Source: Haplodiscus bocki (taxonomy: Eukaryota). Taken from it: a DNA stretch of 64,000 nucleotides. Under the pieces are notes generated by a model. The model searched no databases, had not been told where the DNA came from, and worked only from the letters and a program-made list of their open reading frames with translations. Where the stretch lies: assembly GCA_965655095.1 (NCBI GenBank), contig OZ296650.1, positions 133,796,001 through 133,860,000 on the forward strand, written 5' to 3'. Shown in pieces: positions 47,409-61,738 of this stretch (the first letter of the stretch is position 1; each line of letters starts with the position of its first letter). A program made the position numbers and the translations under genes.

Positions 47409-48341
47409 CTATGCCGGTTCGTGAAACTCACATCTGTTTCTTTTGACCTGCAAGAAACAGATAATCTTGAAATAGTTCGCAGAGGACTTGCTTGTTTTCA
47501 CGATGAATCGTGAAAACAAGCAAGTGCTGTTATTGAAGCATAAAAAACTCTCCAGTTAACTCTTCCAACTCCGGATTTGGTTACCAAAAACTTTAAACTA
47601 TTGACACTGAGTAAAGTGAATATGTTATGCACGAAATTTGTATCTACTCACTTGGTTCGGATGTTAAATGCATCAACCGTGTAATCACTAACGTTCCGGT
47701 TTTCTTTCAAAAATTGTGGCAAAAATATGTTGCTGCTTATCTTCGAAATTGTCAATAAAACAGAAACCAAAAACTAAAACACTAACTTTGTTTCGGAGAT
47801 TATTGCGTCTATTGCGGCACCGACGCAAAGTCAAATCCTGCAAACCATTGTTCAACAGTGTTCTGGATAGCATATGATTCTCTAACAAGCTATTCAGGTG
47901 CAGATCGTTACTTTCATCAAGTAAAAGTTTGTACCGTTTTGATAGAATCGATTTCATTTTCAAAAAAATAATTCCTGTTGGACAATTTTCCAAGAGCTCG
48001 TTTAAATTATGCGCTCCTGATCGTGGTAAGTAGGAAAAAGCCACGACATTGAATTTTCTCAAGTACGCCAGTTTACTGAAAAAAGCCTCAGGACTCATTG
48101 CCGGATTCTTCTTGCTTGACAAAGAGTTATTGACAGCATCATGCCAAATGATAACCTTTCTTCCATTAGTGTTGCAGGAATTCGATTGAAGAAGATAACA
48201 AATGTTTTTTTCTGGTTGGTAGTTATTTAGCGAAGCACCAGAAATTGCACAAAATTGTGACTTGAAAGGATCAAAGAGGTAAGGTTTCTCCTGAGCTGCC
48301 CAATAAAGGGAAGAGGCCGCCAAAACAAAATATTCAGACAT
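47409..48341 (-). CDS. Divergent SGNH-like hydrolase, 2 exons (48341-47787, 47447-47409)
   Basis: Shares AASS, WHDAVNNSLSSKKNPA, YLPR.GAH and NDLHLN with unit B. Donor AAA|GTTAGT at 47786; acceptor TTTCTTGCAG ends at 47448. Confidence 0.62.
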
Positions 48342-49682
48342 AACAACCGGAAACCGAAAGACAATGTATTATGAAAACAAACAAACGAACGAAACATACT
48401 TTATATTGTTTACTTTGCAATTAGAAAAACCTACTCAAACTCCAGAATCTCCTTTCATTCATGTCATTTGCTTATTAGAACAAAAACGAAGTCAAACAAA
48501 AATTCACAACGGTCACACAGCTACAGAGTCGTCAATACGGTCAAAAATCAGAAATGTTCTTTGAGGAAAGGAAATTTTATAAAAAATACAATAGCCACAT
48601 ACCCGAAGAATGAAAATCTCACTCAAACAACTCGATATGCACGAAATAAGAGCCCCTCTTTAATCGCTGCAAAGAAGTACATAGTGGTGAAACACTTCAA
48701 TTCACAAAAGTAACGATAATAAAAAAGCTTCTCATAAAACAAATGATAGAGCGTTTAATGACTTGAAAGAAAAAGTGTTCACAGCTTCCGTAACAAGGAA
48801 TATGGAATGGATTTGAAAGGTGCCGCGCTACAAATGAACTCCGCTGCTATCTCTTTATGTTTCCAGGCCAGTTTGTAGAACATGGGTTGCTGGACAACCA
48901 ACTCATATACGTTCATCTAACAAACAACATTCTAATTGAGAACTTGCGTCGGCGGTTGCTGAGCAACCAGCAAAACAAAACATGAAAGCTAAATTGCCTC
49001 CGTCAGCTATAAAAAAAATAAATCATTATATGAGTCAGAATTAACATCTAAAACAGCTCACAGTCAGTGATACAATCACAAAACATAAACAGCAATGTCA
49101 CATTGTAGAAACCCCGTCACATTCTCTTGCAGTTGACAATTTTTTCAATAAATTTCTGCACTGATTACCGAACAAAAAGTTAAACCCCTATAGCGTCTGA
49201 AATATTGGAAACAATCTCCCAAAAACATCAAAACAGCTCCTTCAGTGTAATTACAGACACATGTCAAAACAAATTATGGCGGAAAAGGATTGTATGATTC
49301 TTTCAATTACCGTGTGATATAATTGTGTACGTTATTCCATAAAGTATCATAGCATAAAAGTTCGATCACGAATCTAAACAAAGTTACTCAGTGAGTCCAA
49401 TGAAAAGGTGATAAAAATGAAAACGACATCCCGTTACAAAATTAATCTTCCAACTATTACAACACATCCTCTTTTTCAAAGGTTGGCTCAAAACCAACAG
49501 CAAACAATGGCAAAGAATCAAATCAATCAACATGATTGGCTACAAAAATTATTTGCTGAAAAGTTGGTTTCGGACAAACCAATGTTCAGGAATACTTTTG
49601 AAATACAATCGGTTTTCTCGATGGCAGTTTTACAAAAGTCTAAATCGTTGTAGACAATTACATATGAACAATCAAATAAACA

Positions 49683-52600
49683 CTAAAAATTCTGCATGCA
49701 ATCACATTCCAGGGCTGTTTCGATACCTGTAACTTTATACAAATCCATAAGAACATGGCATTCTGACAAGTAATCTGCAAGCGTTAGCATCACATTCGAA
49801 TATTTGTGATTAACCATTGCTCTTTGCCAATCCTGTTCGGAAGAATAACGGCTTCGCGAAACAGCGTTAGAAAACCCCGTCACGTAAGCAACTAAAGCCC
49901 AGGGTCTTCTTTCAACAGGCTTTGTGAATGCGCTCCCATTTCCCGAATTATGCTCCTGCAACCGTCGCCGCAACCTCCTACAGCTTCCAATGTAAAAAAG
50001 TTCCCTGCGTTTAACGCTCACCAACAAATAACAGTAACCAATTGCCGAAAGGGGTACATCAAAAACACGTAAGGGAAAGGGATAAAATGTCTGGATCGCT
50101 GAAACACCGGAATTACAACTGCCACGAGACGACAAAAAGTTATCTATCAAAGGTACCAAATGGCTATCTTTGCGGCAAAGAAGATTAATTGCATCAAGTG
50201 TACGCTGCTTGTCACCGACAAACGTTATATGGGAAAGATCAGTGACCCGACTAACAACTACATAAAGCTGCTCTTTCAGCCAGTAGGAAAATTTTTTACC
50301 ACCAACAATCTGTGTTGCCAAGCTTGGAACAGTGTCACCCATTATTTTGTGAACCGTTGACGCCACATACATTTTCAAAGGAAACTGAACACGTCTGCAA
50401 ACGGTAGAATTGCTATACTTATGGAGAACGCCAATTCTTTTACGAACAACTACAAGTCTCCAGGAATTAACGTCCGGGTTGTTAGATGACACAGACCTTA
50501 CTCCGGCTGGTGCAACTCTCACAACAATATGAGGATCATTTTCATCGAACGATTCAACTAAACACAATTGTCCCTGGAACAGTTTCAGCGATGGCAAATT
50601 GCAAGTTAAGCGCAATACACACCCAACATGTATAAACAAAGACTCTGGCTCAAGGCAACTTCGGTTGAGGAACTTGCTGACGGGTGCTGTTGCGGTAACC
50701 CAATTCTGGGTTCCTGTATTTGACATTTCATCCTTGCAATGGAAAGACACACTCTGTATGTTTTGATGTGTTGTCACAAACGATATTCTCTCTTCCACGA
50801 CCTCTTTTTCCGCAACTCGCGTACTGAACACTCTCAAAATATCCAGAGGGACTTCCGTCCACGTGCTTACAAAAATACAGAACTTGTCAATGATCTCACA
50901 ACACTCCTTAATACATGCTTCTGTCACAGGATATTCAGACAGCAAATCCAGAAGTCTCTTTCCTTGCTGGTTCTGCATCCTCACATAGTGCTTCAAATAC
51001 CGAACCTCGAAATTAGCTAACACCGAGTTGCTCAGCAAAAGGAACGTTCCCGTAGGAGGCGGAAGTTGACGAAAATCACCTGTGCAAATAACAATCTTTC
51101 CTCCAAAAGGAAGATTGTTTTCAGACACGGCTTGCAACACATTGTCCATTGCGGACCAAAGTTCAGCTGAAATCATTGAGACTTCCTCGACAAATAAAAC
51201 ATCCAACCTCTCCAAAAAAGTAAATTTTAGAGGATCTCGGGCAAGAGTGTTCAATGCATGCGAAACTAGATGAGTCACCGTTCCATTTTGAACGACAGGG
51301 AAAGGGATTAAAGCGTTTATGTGTCTTCCGCCGAAAAGTGAAGCTCTCTCCGCAGCGACACTAGTTATGACGCATCTCAATCCCCTAGCTAGAGCCGCGA
51401 TCACACAATGGATCAACACATGGCTCTTTCCTGTACCTGGTGGACCAACTATGAACTGATGTTTAATAAAGGCAGTCGTACAAGAACAATAATTATCGTA
51501 CAAAGAACAAACGTAATCCAAAATATTCTGTTGATCATGCAATGATTCGTCAGTCTGGTTGCGCGCTTTATGTATCTTCTGGCTCCAAGTAAAAGGACGT
51601 GCTAAGGTGGCGTTCATCAATTCTGCATACGTTGGTAAACCAACATAACCCCCATTGGCAATGGCACACAGAAGACTCTCTTTCTGCGCATTTAATTCGT
51701 GTGAAATATTGCTGTCACTCTGCTGCACAATACTCTGTTCTAAGACGCGCGGTGTTGAGCACGGAAAAACGACCGAATTATTTTGTGCTGCTTGCTGGAT
51801 GCACAAATAGGCACTCGTAACAAATCGATCTAGTAAAGTAGATGATCCTGGATAATAGCGTAATTGTTCAAGCACAAAGCGCCGAACAACATCAATAACT
51901 TCGGAATCTTCGCATCCCAAATGAGACCTCGCTAAAGAAGCCTCAAAGAACGCAGATTTCATATTAGATTGAGAAAAAATGTTAAGTTCGGTTACGTATT
52001 CTCCAAGAGACAACAGAATGTGGGTCAAAAAATTGGTTGTGTTCCTCGGAACAACGTTCGATAAAACTACTTGAGTTTGACAAACCTTTTTGTCATAAAT
52101 GAACTTGTGACTTGAACTGCTCGTTGTACATGCAATGGCTTCATGACATTGCCTGGAGAAACGACGGACCCCACTAGAAAAGTTGCGACAGTAGTTGAAA
52201 AAAGCTTCTTTGTACAAAGCATTAAGGTATATGCAATAGCCGAGGCCATCCACCCAATATGATTTGGTTACATTTCTCTTTAGTAAACTTTCTGGTGTCA
52301 ACTTTGAGGGCTTTCGGAAGCGGCAGAACCAAGTAAAATAGTTTTCCACTTTGAGCACAAAAGTTAGTTCAGGGGGTCGTACACCAAAAACTGTTATCTT
52401 GTCTGGAGAAAGAGAACTTTTTTCTGCATCAATTATCAGCAGCTTCTGATTAACCGTGAAGCAACGGTGAGGAGGAAAGTCCTTGCTGTGTCTAATGGAA
52501 CTCTGGCGCCCAAAAAGAGGACCCTGATTGCTACTAGAAAGCCTGCATTTCGGTTCAATGACTATTCCAGCCCGTTTCTCTCGCGGGGCAGTGACAACAT

Positions 52601-55600
52601 GAATGAATTGTATATTGGTCACCACGTAAGGAAATCGCAATGACCACCACACGGATTCCGTTAAACTCAAAATGCGAGAGTTCAAACACTTTTTCTTTGG
52701 CTTTTCCTCCTTGCTCATATTGGTCAAGTATACCCCAGCGATTTTGTTGTTCACTTGTTGATCAACATGGAAGTCATACAAATCTGTTGCACTTGACGTA
52801 GAAATAGAAACTTCGGCGCGTTCCTCCACGCCTGCAACATATTTTGACAGATAACGGCTACTCATGTAAATGTCGCAAATTTGTAGATTGGTGCTAGATC
52901 GGACGAGGGCAAAAATTTTGGCGTTTGTTGGAGAAGTGTGCGTGTTACTTTCTGTTGGATAATGATGCTTGCCACCACAAAGGCGCTGATCAATGGTGAC
53001 AGAACAATCAAAGTCACTCGACTCAGCTAATCCGATGTTCTTCAAAACTGCTATCGTTTCCTCAGACAGTTCTTTGTGAATACATTTGTAGGTAAAATTA
53101 GCAGAAGGAGGGTATTTGGGCACGCGGCACGTTTTTCTTTTCAATTTGTCAGTTTTTTTCTGACAACGAAATTTAGCTTTAAAACAGCTGTGTGATTGGT
53201 AACGGTTGAACAGATCTCGTAACTCGTTCAACTCATCCAAACTATAATTGTGCGAACCAACTTCAGTCAATAAATTCCCCAGAAACGTTGTTGCCGAGCA
53301 ACAAATTCTAGACCTTACTGCTTCACTAAAGCAATCTTCTGCCGTCCAAATCAAAGCATGTACATGAGGGAACCCACAAGCTTCATCTTGAAACTCATAC
53401 CGATACCAAATCTTTTTAACCTTTCCCAATGGCTGCTCGGGTGACGTTTCAATGTACTTCATGACAAGACGAGAAGCTCGTTCCCACGCTCTCAACATGG
53501 TGACCATTTCAGATTGAATCGCTGATTTTCGGACCTCCTCTTTACAGACGTCTTTCGGAAACTTTGCGTCCAACGCACTAAAAATCTTCCTCAAGCCAGG
53601 ATGCGTTGACTGCCCACAAGTGTAAGTGGAAAAATATGTAGCTGGTCGTTCTTTCAAAGCTGCTCCCAATTCATTGACATTCTTCCGAGAATCGCATTGA
53701 TCAAAAAAAATTGCCCCTTCTCGCATGGCATGTACATTTTTTCGTTGCCGAGCGGCTTCACTCCAACCTCTGTTCAATACTATTCTGGTGTCATTGACAC
53801 GCAGCTGTAGGTTAAATATTGTGTCAAATACGTATTGGACGTAACGAGGATCCGTTGACGTCAACAGAGACGAATCTTTCAAGCGCGTTTGTAAATGTTG
53901 TTCTAAGCTAGCGAAGCCGAGCAATTCGTTTTGTTTGTGATCATTATACAAAGGAGACGGTATTGCACCCGAATAACTGCCGTCTGTATTTTGGTGCCAA
54001 AAGATGGACGGAAACAACATGGCTTCCGGCTGAAGCAAAGGGACAGAATTAGGGGGCGACGTTGCAGTGATATTCTCCAGAAATCTCTTATGTCTAGCTG
54101 CAACATACAACGGAGACCCTTTACTCCTTTTCAGTAAACCGCATTGACCATTCAATAAAACATGTAGTGGGAGCTGAAAATCAGTGCTGTCTATTCGGAA
54201 ATCACGTTCCAAAACAACAGTTGAATCTCCAGCAGCAGTTGTAACAGGCAGCGAAACATGCGATCCCTCAGAATCTTCCTCTAAAAGGCCAGGGTTGGTA
54301 ACAAATTCCGAGGACGCGACAGTGTTGGTAGGCGATGTGGACCGATTCTCTGAATCGACAGAAACACGGCTATAGCTACAATCATCTAACTGACTTGAGC
54401 CGCACGCTGAGTTTTTTGTGGACTCACCAAAGATCCTTTTTTTACCATCAAAAACAAAGTGCTTTTCCTGACTTTCATCTTCAGAATGCATCCTGCAAAC
54501 ACTTGCCAAACAACCAGACACTGGACAACGTAAAAAAGAACTTCTACCACATGAGCATTTGAAACCACTTGAAGGAAAATCACGGGTGAGTAACAGAGAA
54601 TGCTTTTTACAAAAGAATTTTCCTTGACCTGCCAGTGTTTCAAAATATTTCGACCGCAACTCACTAATATCGGCAAAGGTCTGTCGATAGTAAACACAGA
54701 TATTCCAATAGTCATTAATAAAATGATCAACCGCTCTATCACAAGGCAGCCTCACCTGTTCAGGAAAAATACTTTTGCTTTTATACACCCAAAAACTTTG
54801 AAAGACACCACCATGCCTCAAAAGAATGTTATTACGAGTCGCTAAACCTTCAGTAGCAATAAATTTCAACTCGAAAACGGACTGAGCAGTTTGGAAGTTC
54901 AGAGGAGCTTTGAATTTAGAACGCAAAGTATTTACTCCCGCGTATGAAAAAAGTATGACATTTACACCTTCAAATTCTTGAGCTTCCAAAAAATGCCAAA
55001 TATCTTGACGGCTTGCCACGTTTTCATGGATGACATCATCACAAAATTGTGACACACCGAAACTGAGACAACGAGATGGACTTTCCGGAAATCTTGTAAA
55101 CAACTTCGACAATCCATCACTCATAGACGCATCCACAGTTTTTCTTGTGCAGCGACGGAACCTTGGAAAAATTACAGGGTCCAAAAATTGCAGCAAAGGA
55201 AAAATCGCATTATCACCACCAGCTGAATCAGATATGGATCGACACAGTTGAGGAGAGATGCAAAATAAAGTTTGCAACAACGACAAAAAGTGAGTCTTGC
55301 AGCTCAAAATTTTTGGAGGAGAGGAACCAAACGAATTCGGAGGCTGAGCGAACGTCACAGACTTGAATTTTGCGCATAAGCGTTGTCCATCAGTCAATCC
55401 AGGAGAACTGAATAAACGATACGTATCCGTTATAGACACACTTGTTGATGCGGAAAGAGAAGCAGCCGACTGTTCAATGTTCGGTTTACTTTGAATGCCT
55501 TGTCGGATTTCATCAGTTGTTTCGCCAGAGGACACTAAATTATTCAAAAAATATTGAATATCGCTTCGGTAAAAACTACATTGAGATTCCGCCTTCACTA

Positions 55601-57968
55601 ACAGATCCGAAGTAATATCCCAACGGCGTTGAGAGCTCAAGCGAATGCTACTAATGCCTGAATAATTACCGACAGCTTTCAGCAACTGGAAAGTGTGACT
55701 AGCGTAATTCGCTTTGGCATTCTTCAAAATACGCAAATTTGGAGCAACAAATGCTAATCTGTCGTTGGTAGGAACACTGAGACGTCCCAGAGACGGGTGT
55801 GCAGGCGGGTGAAGATACTGCAGGTGAGACCCATTGTTATGCTGCACACAAGTTCCGATAACAAGGCCATATGCCCCATTAACACTGACAAAGCCGGAAA
55901 CATCAAACGCATCCAAAACTTTCATTGGTTTCAACCAATCGTCTCTTGCACCTCGCAAATGGTACATAATCAGAGCTGAACGATGTGAATGAAGGCAAAA
56001 TCCCATTTACAAGGTGGTTGAAACCGATTCGATCTGTTTCTTCAACAAATGTGAAACAACCGAAGGGACATCTACAATTTGGATAACATTCATTATCTAA
56101 GGCTTCCTCCAAATCAGTGAAATTACCCGAATTTATTTTGTCCAGAAAAACTTCCTTCCGTTTTGTTATATCAACTAGAACAGATGGATCACCCATAGAA
56201 ACAGCAGGATGCAGATGTTGACACATAGCCCAACTGTCGCGTATTTCGGGAGGTAAAAAAGAAACAAATTTTTTCATAGTACAATCTCGAATGCTGAGAT
56301 CCTTCAGTAACGAATGAATCACGGAAGGCCAAGCGTACCGCCTACAATTTCCGCCATTATTGTAATTGAAACAACTTTGGCAGACCAGACAGGTAGCAGT
56401 AGGTCGCAAACCAAATCTCCTTCGTTTGATTGCTGTTTTTTCAAGAGTTTGCCATTGCAAAGGATAAGCAGGAGTTGAAATTCGACAACATTTACCGCAC
56501 ATTTCTCTGTTTTGTGCTTTGTCGGCTGAAAAAGTGGACGTCAAAACACAATTGTCACTCGAGGCATCCTCATTACGACAGGCGTTATCTTTCTTCATAA
56601 TCATTGTGGCTGTGCCATTGTGTGCGGATTGCGTGGATTGAATCTCCTGAGGCAGGGCATTGAAGCAAACACCTGGGCTCAACGGGTCACACTTAGAACC
56701 ATTTTCTTCACATTCAATTGTCGCTAGGCTTAAACAACTGTTGCTGGGCAACAAAAGGTCGTTGTGCATACCGCCCAATCCAACAGAGGGTGATGTGAGG
56801 CCTTCATCGCACAAATGAGGCAAAACTTTAAATTCAGAACACGCACTACCTTTTGGATCAGAAGTGTTCGCATGAAATGACATTGCATTGTGATGCCGTA
56901 TCTGGGAATGAACTCTGGACGCAACCATGAGGCAAACTTTGCTGTGAATTTGGATTTTCTGCCGACAACACTGCTACCGTTTCAAAATGGTTACCTGTAT
57001 GAGTATGTACCAGGAAGACAGATGGAACGTCCATTGAAGCACGATCTCCGGCATAGCTATAAACTATCCACAATTTTGTCATGCAATGGTAAACGTAAAC
57101 ATCAGCCACCGCAATTTGGGCGAAAGCATAGATCTCTACACAAGTGCCATACACACCATTCGATCTCATTCCGGAACGATTCAAATATTCGTTCACGTTT
57201 GAAGCTGTCTCTACCACAACATTTCCATCAATGGTTGTGTAAATTTCCAGAAAATGCGGAGCAATATCTACGGAGGGTAAAGCCAAACAAATACGCTGGC
57301 GTAGTTGTGAATGATACCAATATTGTGACCCAATTGACACCGCTAAAGCAGAGAACAAACAATTACCGTCACCTGGAACAGGATGAGTTTGTGATGGATG
57401 CAAACTGTTCAAAGATTTGGCACCCAACAAGTGTGTGTTCAATGGTTTTGCCACAAACGGTATTCCAAACACAATGCAAATTCTCGTCAAATTAGCGATT
57501 GTGCATGAAAAAGCTGTTGAATTCGGCACGTTCGAGAAAAGACTCATGGTATTGAATGGCGCAGAAAACAGCGACCGATCAAAATAGTCTTCACCAACTG
57601 AGGCTTTTACCATGGATGATTGGAAACAGGAGCAGTCTTTGCTGCCATAAAAACACCCACATGTTACGCATTTCCTGGGCTCTCTGCACAATTTCTTTTT
57701 TTTTTGGCGGGCCAGGGTTGGTTTCTATACCACTTCTCAACAGAAACAAAAGTAACATTCTGCGAGTCATCGAAACCTCATCAGAATTGCCGATCCTCAT
57801 AAACTGCAAGTGATCCTGAAGACACAAAGAGACACAAAATTCCCCAACGGTGACGTCTGAGCTGAAGACTTCTCCGACATTGTTCACATAAACAATTCCA
57901 TCTTTTTCCAAAACTGTCCATAAAGAAGACCAAATCATCAACAAAGTTAAACAAAGTGAGTAAACCAT
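49683..57968 (-). pseudogene. RepHel polyprotein of unit D, broken by three frame changes (A10 run 57696-57705, ~56900, ~55965)
   Basis: ORFs 57591-58013, 56858-57691, 55903-56928 and 49683-56006 are successive pieces colinear with B. Motifs: SGIETNPGP, GDGNCLF/NHFE, YEFQDEACGFPHVH, YLSKY, GPPGTGKS, VEEVSM, YCYLL..YIGS..RRRLQEHN. Confidence 0.85.
57708..57734 (-). other. 2A-like (StopGo) motif SGIETNPGP
   Basis: Context TRRMLLLFLLRSGIETNPGPPKKK; homologous to the unit B motif. Confidence 0.62.
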
Positions 57969-58999
57969 TTTCTGAAAATGAGATTCGTCAAAACTCTGTA
58001 CACCCATCAACACTCAGTGGCGGCGCCTACATCTATAAAACTCAGTCAATGAAGGCTTTGAAACAGCCACATGCGTTACAGAAAAATCTTCTATCGAAAG
58101 GAACTTCAAAAACAGTTGGATCATTTGAATTCAAAAGATTCACTGCATTGAATATTTGAAGTTCACCAGTTGAATTTTTAACTGTCTCTTCAGTGACTTT
58201 TCGTTTTTAATGCCGAAAATACCATGCTTGTGTGATTTCAGCAAGACTTGCAGTACTTGAAAAAATGATTAGTTAAATACGATTCAAATTCAAAACAATG
58301 AGGACTGTTAACGTTGTACACCAAACAAAACAAACTGCTGAGTAAGTATACTCTCAAAATATTCCTTGTCGAATGCCAAAGTGGTGCTTGTTGAACGCCA
58401 ACCATAAACTGACCAAAAAAATTAACAATTACATAACACACTCCAACTTACAAGGCATGAAAGAGGTTCAACTCTCGTAATGCAAACGTGGAAAGTTCCA
58501 ACACTGCTGATTTCTACAAAAAAACATAACAAGGAAAACGAAAGAACCTCATAGATGCTCAGAACAATAATATAACAAACTTAAAATTTCTGGCAAACAA
58601 TTGAAATGGAATGCAAAACTTATTGCCAAAACTTTTATTTTTATTTTTCAAAATGAATGACACGTAATGGAAGCATCTATTGCATTCTACAACCAACAAA
58701 GAGCCCTGATCCAAGATATAATTTATGTATGCCATTATACTTGATGAGAAAAAATGTAGGATTATAAAATATAACTTACATAAGTAACGCCTAACTAGAT
58801 TAAATTTGAGTTTAGCTGAAAAAACTGTGTCATTTGAGACAAAATACTGTCAAAGTGTCAACGACCACTTGTGTAGAAGCTGCGAAACATTGTTAGCCGC
58901 ATTTTACGCGCAAAACGATCAATTCCAGCGTTTTTAGGCGCTTTTTACGCGCAAAGCGATCCTTTCCCGGGAAATTTTTTTTTTTCTCACAAAAATATC

Positions 59000-59592
59000 C
59001 GTCATTTCCGTCATTTTTTTCCCGTCATATCCGTCATTTTTTTTCGGCATTTCGATCGAAAATTTCTGGTTAACCGAAATCAATTGCCGGTTCAGTTTTG
59101 GCATCCTTAGCGAAGGCTAGCATACGAGAAAAAGTTGGTTTTGGCGATCAAAAATGACGGAATGACGCATTTTTTGCAAAAATTTACAAATTCATCAGCG
59201 CCTATCTCCCGAACAAAAAAAGCTGGGCCAAAAATTTTTGGCATGCAAATTGTTCAAATCATTTGTGCCTCACACACAAAATTTGGGCCAATTGTATCGG
59301 GTAGATGTGGAACTAAAGCGATGAGAAGTCAAAATCGGGACAAAAAACACGATCATTCCGTCATAACTCATCACGTTGTGAATGGAAAAAGTTTTTTCCC
59401 TCCTCCCCTTTCTCACCTCGCCATTTGAGGACCGCATGCAAATTATGAATAAATTCTATCGGGTAGGACCCGAGATCGGCTTCCCAGACCCCTAGTGCAC
59501 CTAGATGAAAATTTATCGACTAATATTTAACCTCGGCAACGGGACCCTACCCGGCCTCGGATTCTAAAAAGGTTACATCCCTGACCACCCAG
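59000..59592 (+). repeat. Subterminal module R7 (D-type)
   Basis: CCGTCAT cluster; motifs AAAATTTTTGGCATG, CACACACAAAATTT and CATGCAAA..GAGATCG; hairpin GGC-AA-CGGG-ACCCTA-CCCG-GCC; TGACCACCCAG. Confidence 0.8.
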
Positions 59593-60745
59593 TGGAGGCA
59601 AAGGTACCGTTCGCTAGAGAGGCCCAGTGAATGTTGGATAGGTATCTGTGGACACCAACTGAAATGGAGTTTTGTCATAAAAGTAAAAAAAATTAACTCT
59701 CAATCTCAACAGAACAGAAGCTAAAACCGTTCAAGAAATGAACAACAATAGCCAAAACGGAAAAATAGATCCGACTTTATCAAAGAAAAACCCCTGAGTA
59801 AAAGAACTTTTTCCAACTCCTATTGAAAAAACCAGGTCCAAAAATAACAATTAAATTTTGAGAAGAAACATAAAACTCAAAACAGCTGTTTATGAAAAAT
59901 TTCAAAGCTCCTACACGTTTTCCCATTTATAAATGTTCCTAAAAGATCGATATGTCTACATAGCAAAACGAGGCTCACACACTGCAAAATTCGCTCAACC
60001 TTCTTTACTGTCTTATTTTAAACGAGAATTTCATCTCCGTTTAATCACTGCGACATTTTGAACAAAGACAACATAGACTTCTGTGAGCGTACCACTGACT
60101 TGGGACATCGAAATGACTTCACGGCTCATGCAAACTATAAATCGTTGCTATTCACAGTGAATCTCTTTTAGAACTTTGAACACTTTCAAAGTATTTTCAT
60201 TTGTTCCTCCAACTTTATGAGTAAACTATTTGAACACGAGGCAAATCGCGAACCAAAAGTTCCTATCTAATTTGAGTACGTTAAATTTATCAATATCTTG
60301 ACAAATTGGAGCAAATATATCTTCTAATACTAATGATAGCATCATTATTGAGAGGCCACTGACTTAAGAAAATTACTTCCAAAGTGCTTTACTAACATTG
60401 AAAAGCGTAGTGAAAATTTCATAAAACCTTCAACGAGGATTATTGAAGTAAATCGAACTACTTTACAGAGAATAATGCAGGGTACTGCCATAACGAAACA
60501 AGATTTATTTAGGTGAGAGAAAAACAGTTGTTTGTTTCATTGTAAAGTTTGTGGAAAGAAGGTTTAAATGTAAAAGAGACCATGTAAAGTTGAGTTGCTA
60601 AGGCAACTGCGTTGAATTCATCGACGGCACTACAGAATAACAATAGATGTGAAACTTTCAAAAAGGAACATCCTTCTATATGTTCATTCTCATTCGACTT
60701 CAAAAAGCACATATCCGTAGGGGATTTTGAAAAATCCATAACAAA

Positions 60746-61738
60746 TCAATCGTGCTGAACATTCGGGTTGGCATGCTGTAGTGGAGGTGGCCGATTGGGC
60801 GGTTGCCGAGCATTACCAATAGTGTACTTCAAGTTGTTCGGGATTACCGAAGCTGGCATAAGACGACAAATTCGCACATGATGAACAGCTTGAGTAATTG
60901 ACTCATCACTGACACTGGATTTGCTGTAGCCAGATATTCTCCAACCACCATTATCGTTGACATATGCTGTCACCCTAGTCATTGATTCACGCAACAGATT
61001 CAATTCAACCGAGCTAGCTGGCAATCGAAGAACGTCATTGCTGCAAAAGAACGAGGCCAACTGATGACTTTGGGTCATGTCTCCGCTCAGGGGATCGTCC
61101 GCTTCTTCTTCCACGTCCCTAGAAATGATGCGTGCGGCGACAGTCCACGACGAAACTGAATTCTTGTGTAAGCAAGCGCACACCGTTTCATTTCTGAGAA
61201 TACGACGGTCGCACATACTTCCAGAACACGTAGGTGATATAATGTTTCCATGCAAAAACAACAAATTTCTACTGTTCAGAGTGTAATGGAACATTGCGGG
61301 CGTGCTCGGTAGGGAAATAATTGGAATTGGCGGAAAATCCTCATTGCTTACGTTATTGATAACAACGATCGCCTGATGAGTTTCAATAATCGGATTATTT
61401 TTGTCATTCCCTAAACACGTGTTCGAATATATAGGCTCTGTAACCTCTACAACAGAACCAACAGTCAGATGACGATCCGAAAACAGTTTAGCAGACTTCT
61501 GCGCGGAAACTGAGATGACGACAAAACAATCTTTACTATTCCATTGACCAATAATAGCCATTCTGTCATATGTCCCTTCAGGAAGTGGTCGTTTCAATTT
61601 TGTAGCTTGAGGTCTAAACAACTGAAGTGGCCGATCACTTTTTTTCAGAACCAAAACTATCCCCCTTATTACAGTGTTCTGGCTGTTGCGCAGGAAACCT
61701 TCGCCTGTAACTTCAGCAACAGTTACTTGTCTATTCAT
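60746..61738 (-). CDS. Conserved element protein (330 aa), identical to 45789-46781
   Basis: Identical translation in the ORF track. Confidence 0.75.
   Translation of the reverse strand: MNRQVTVAEVTGEGFLRNSQNTVIRGIVLVLKKSDRPLQLFRPQATKLKRPLPEGTYDRMAIIGQWNSKDCFVVISVSAQKSAKLFSDRHLTVGSVVEVTEPIYSNTCLGNDKNNPIIETHQAIVVINNVSNEDFPPIPIISLPSTPAMFHYTLNSRNLLFLHGNIISPTCSGSMCDRRILRNETVCACLHKNSVSSWTVAARIISRDVEEEADDPLSGDMTQSHQLASFFCSNDVLRLPASSVELNLLRESMTRVTAYVNDNGGWRISGYSKSSVSDESITQAVHHVRICRLMPASVIPNNLKYTIGNARQPPNRPPPLQHANPNVQHD

Larger units (their letters stand above)
44636..59592 (+). mobile_element. Helitron-like element unit D (14,957 bp); cassette on - strand, B-related
   Basis: Bounded by cores at 44628 and 59585. 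The sequence after the second core repeats the start of this unit at a 14,957 bp offset. Confidence 0.9.

Noticed and set aside
57696-57705. Programmed frameshifting at the A10 run (and the T8 run at 32923-32930)
   Set aside because: Homologous positions in B and A are in frame; homopolymer slippage or sequencing error is more likely.
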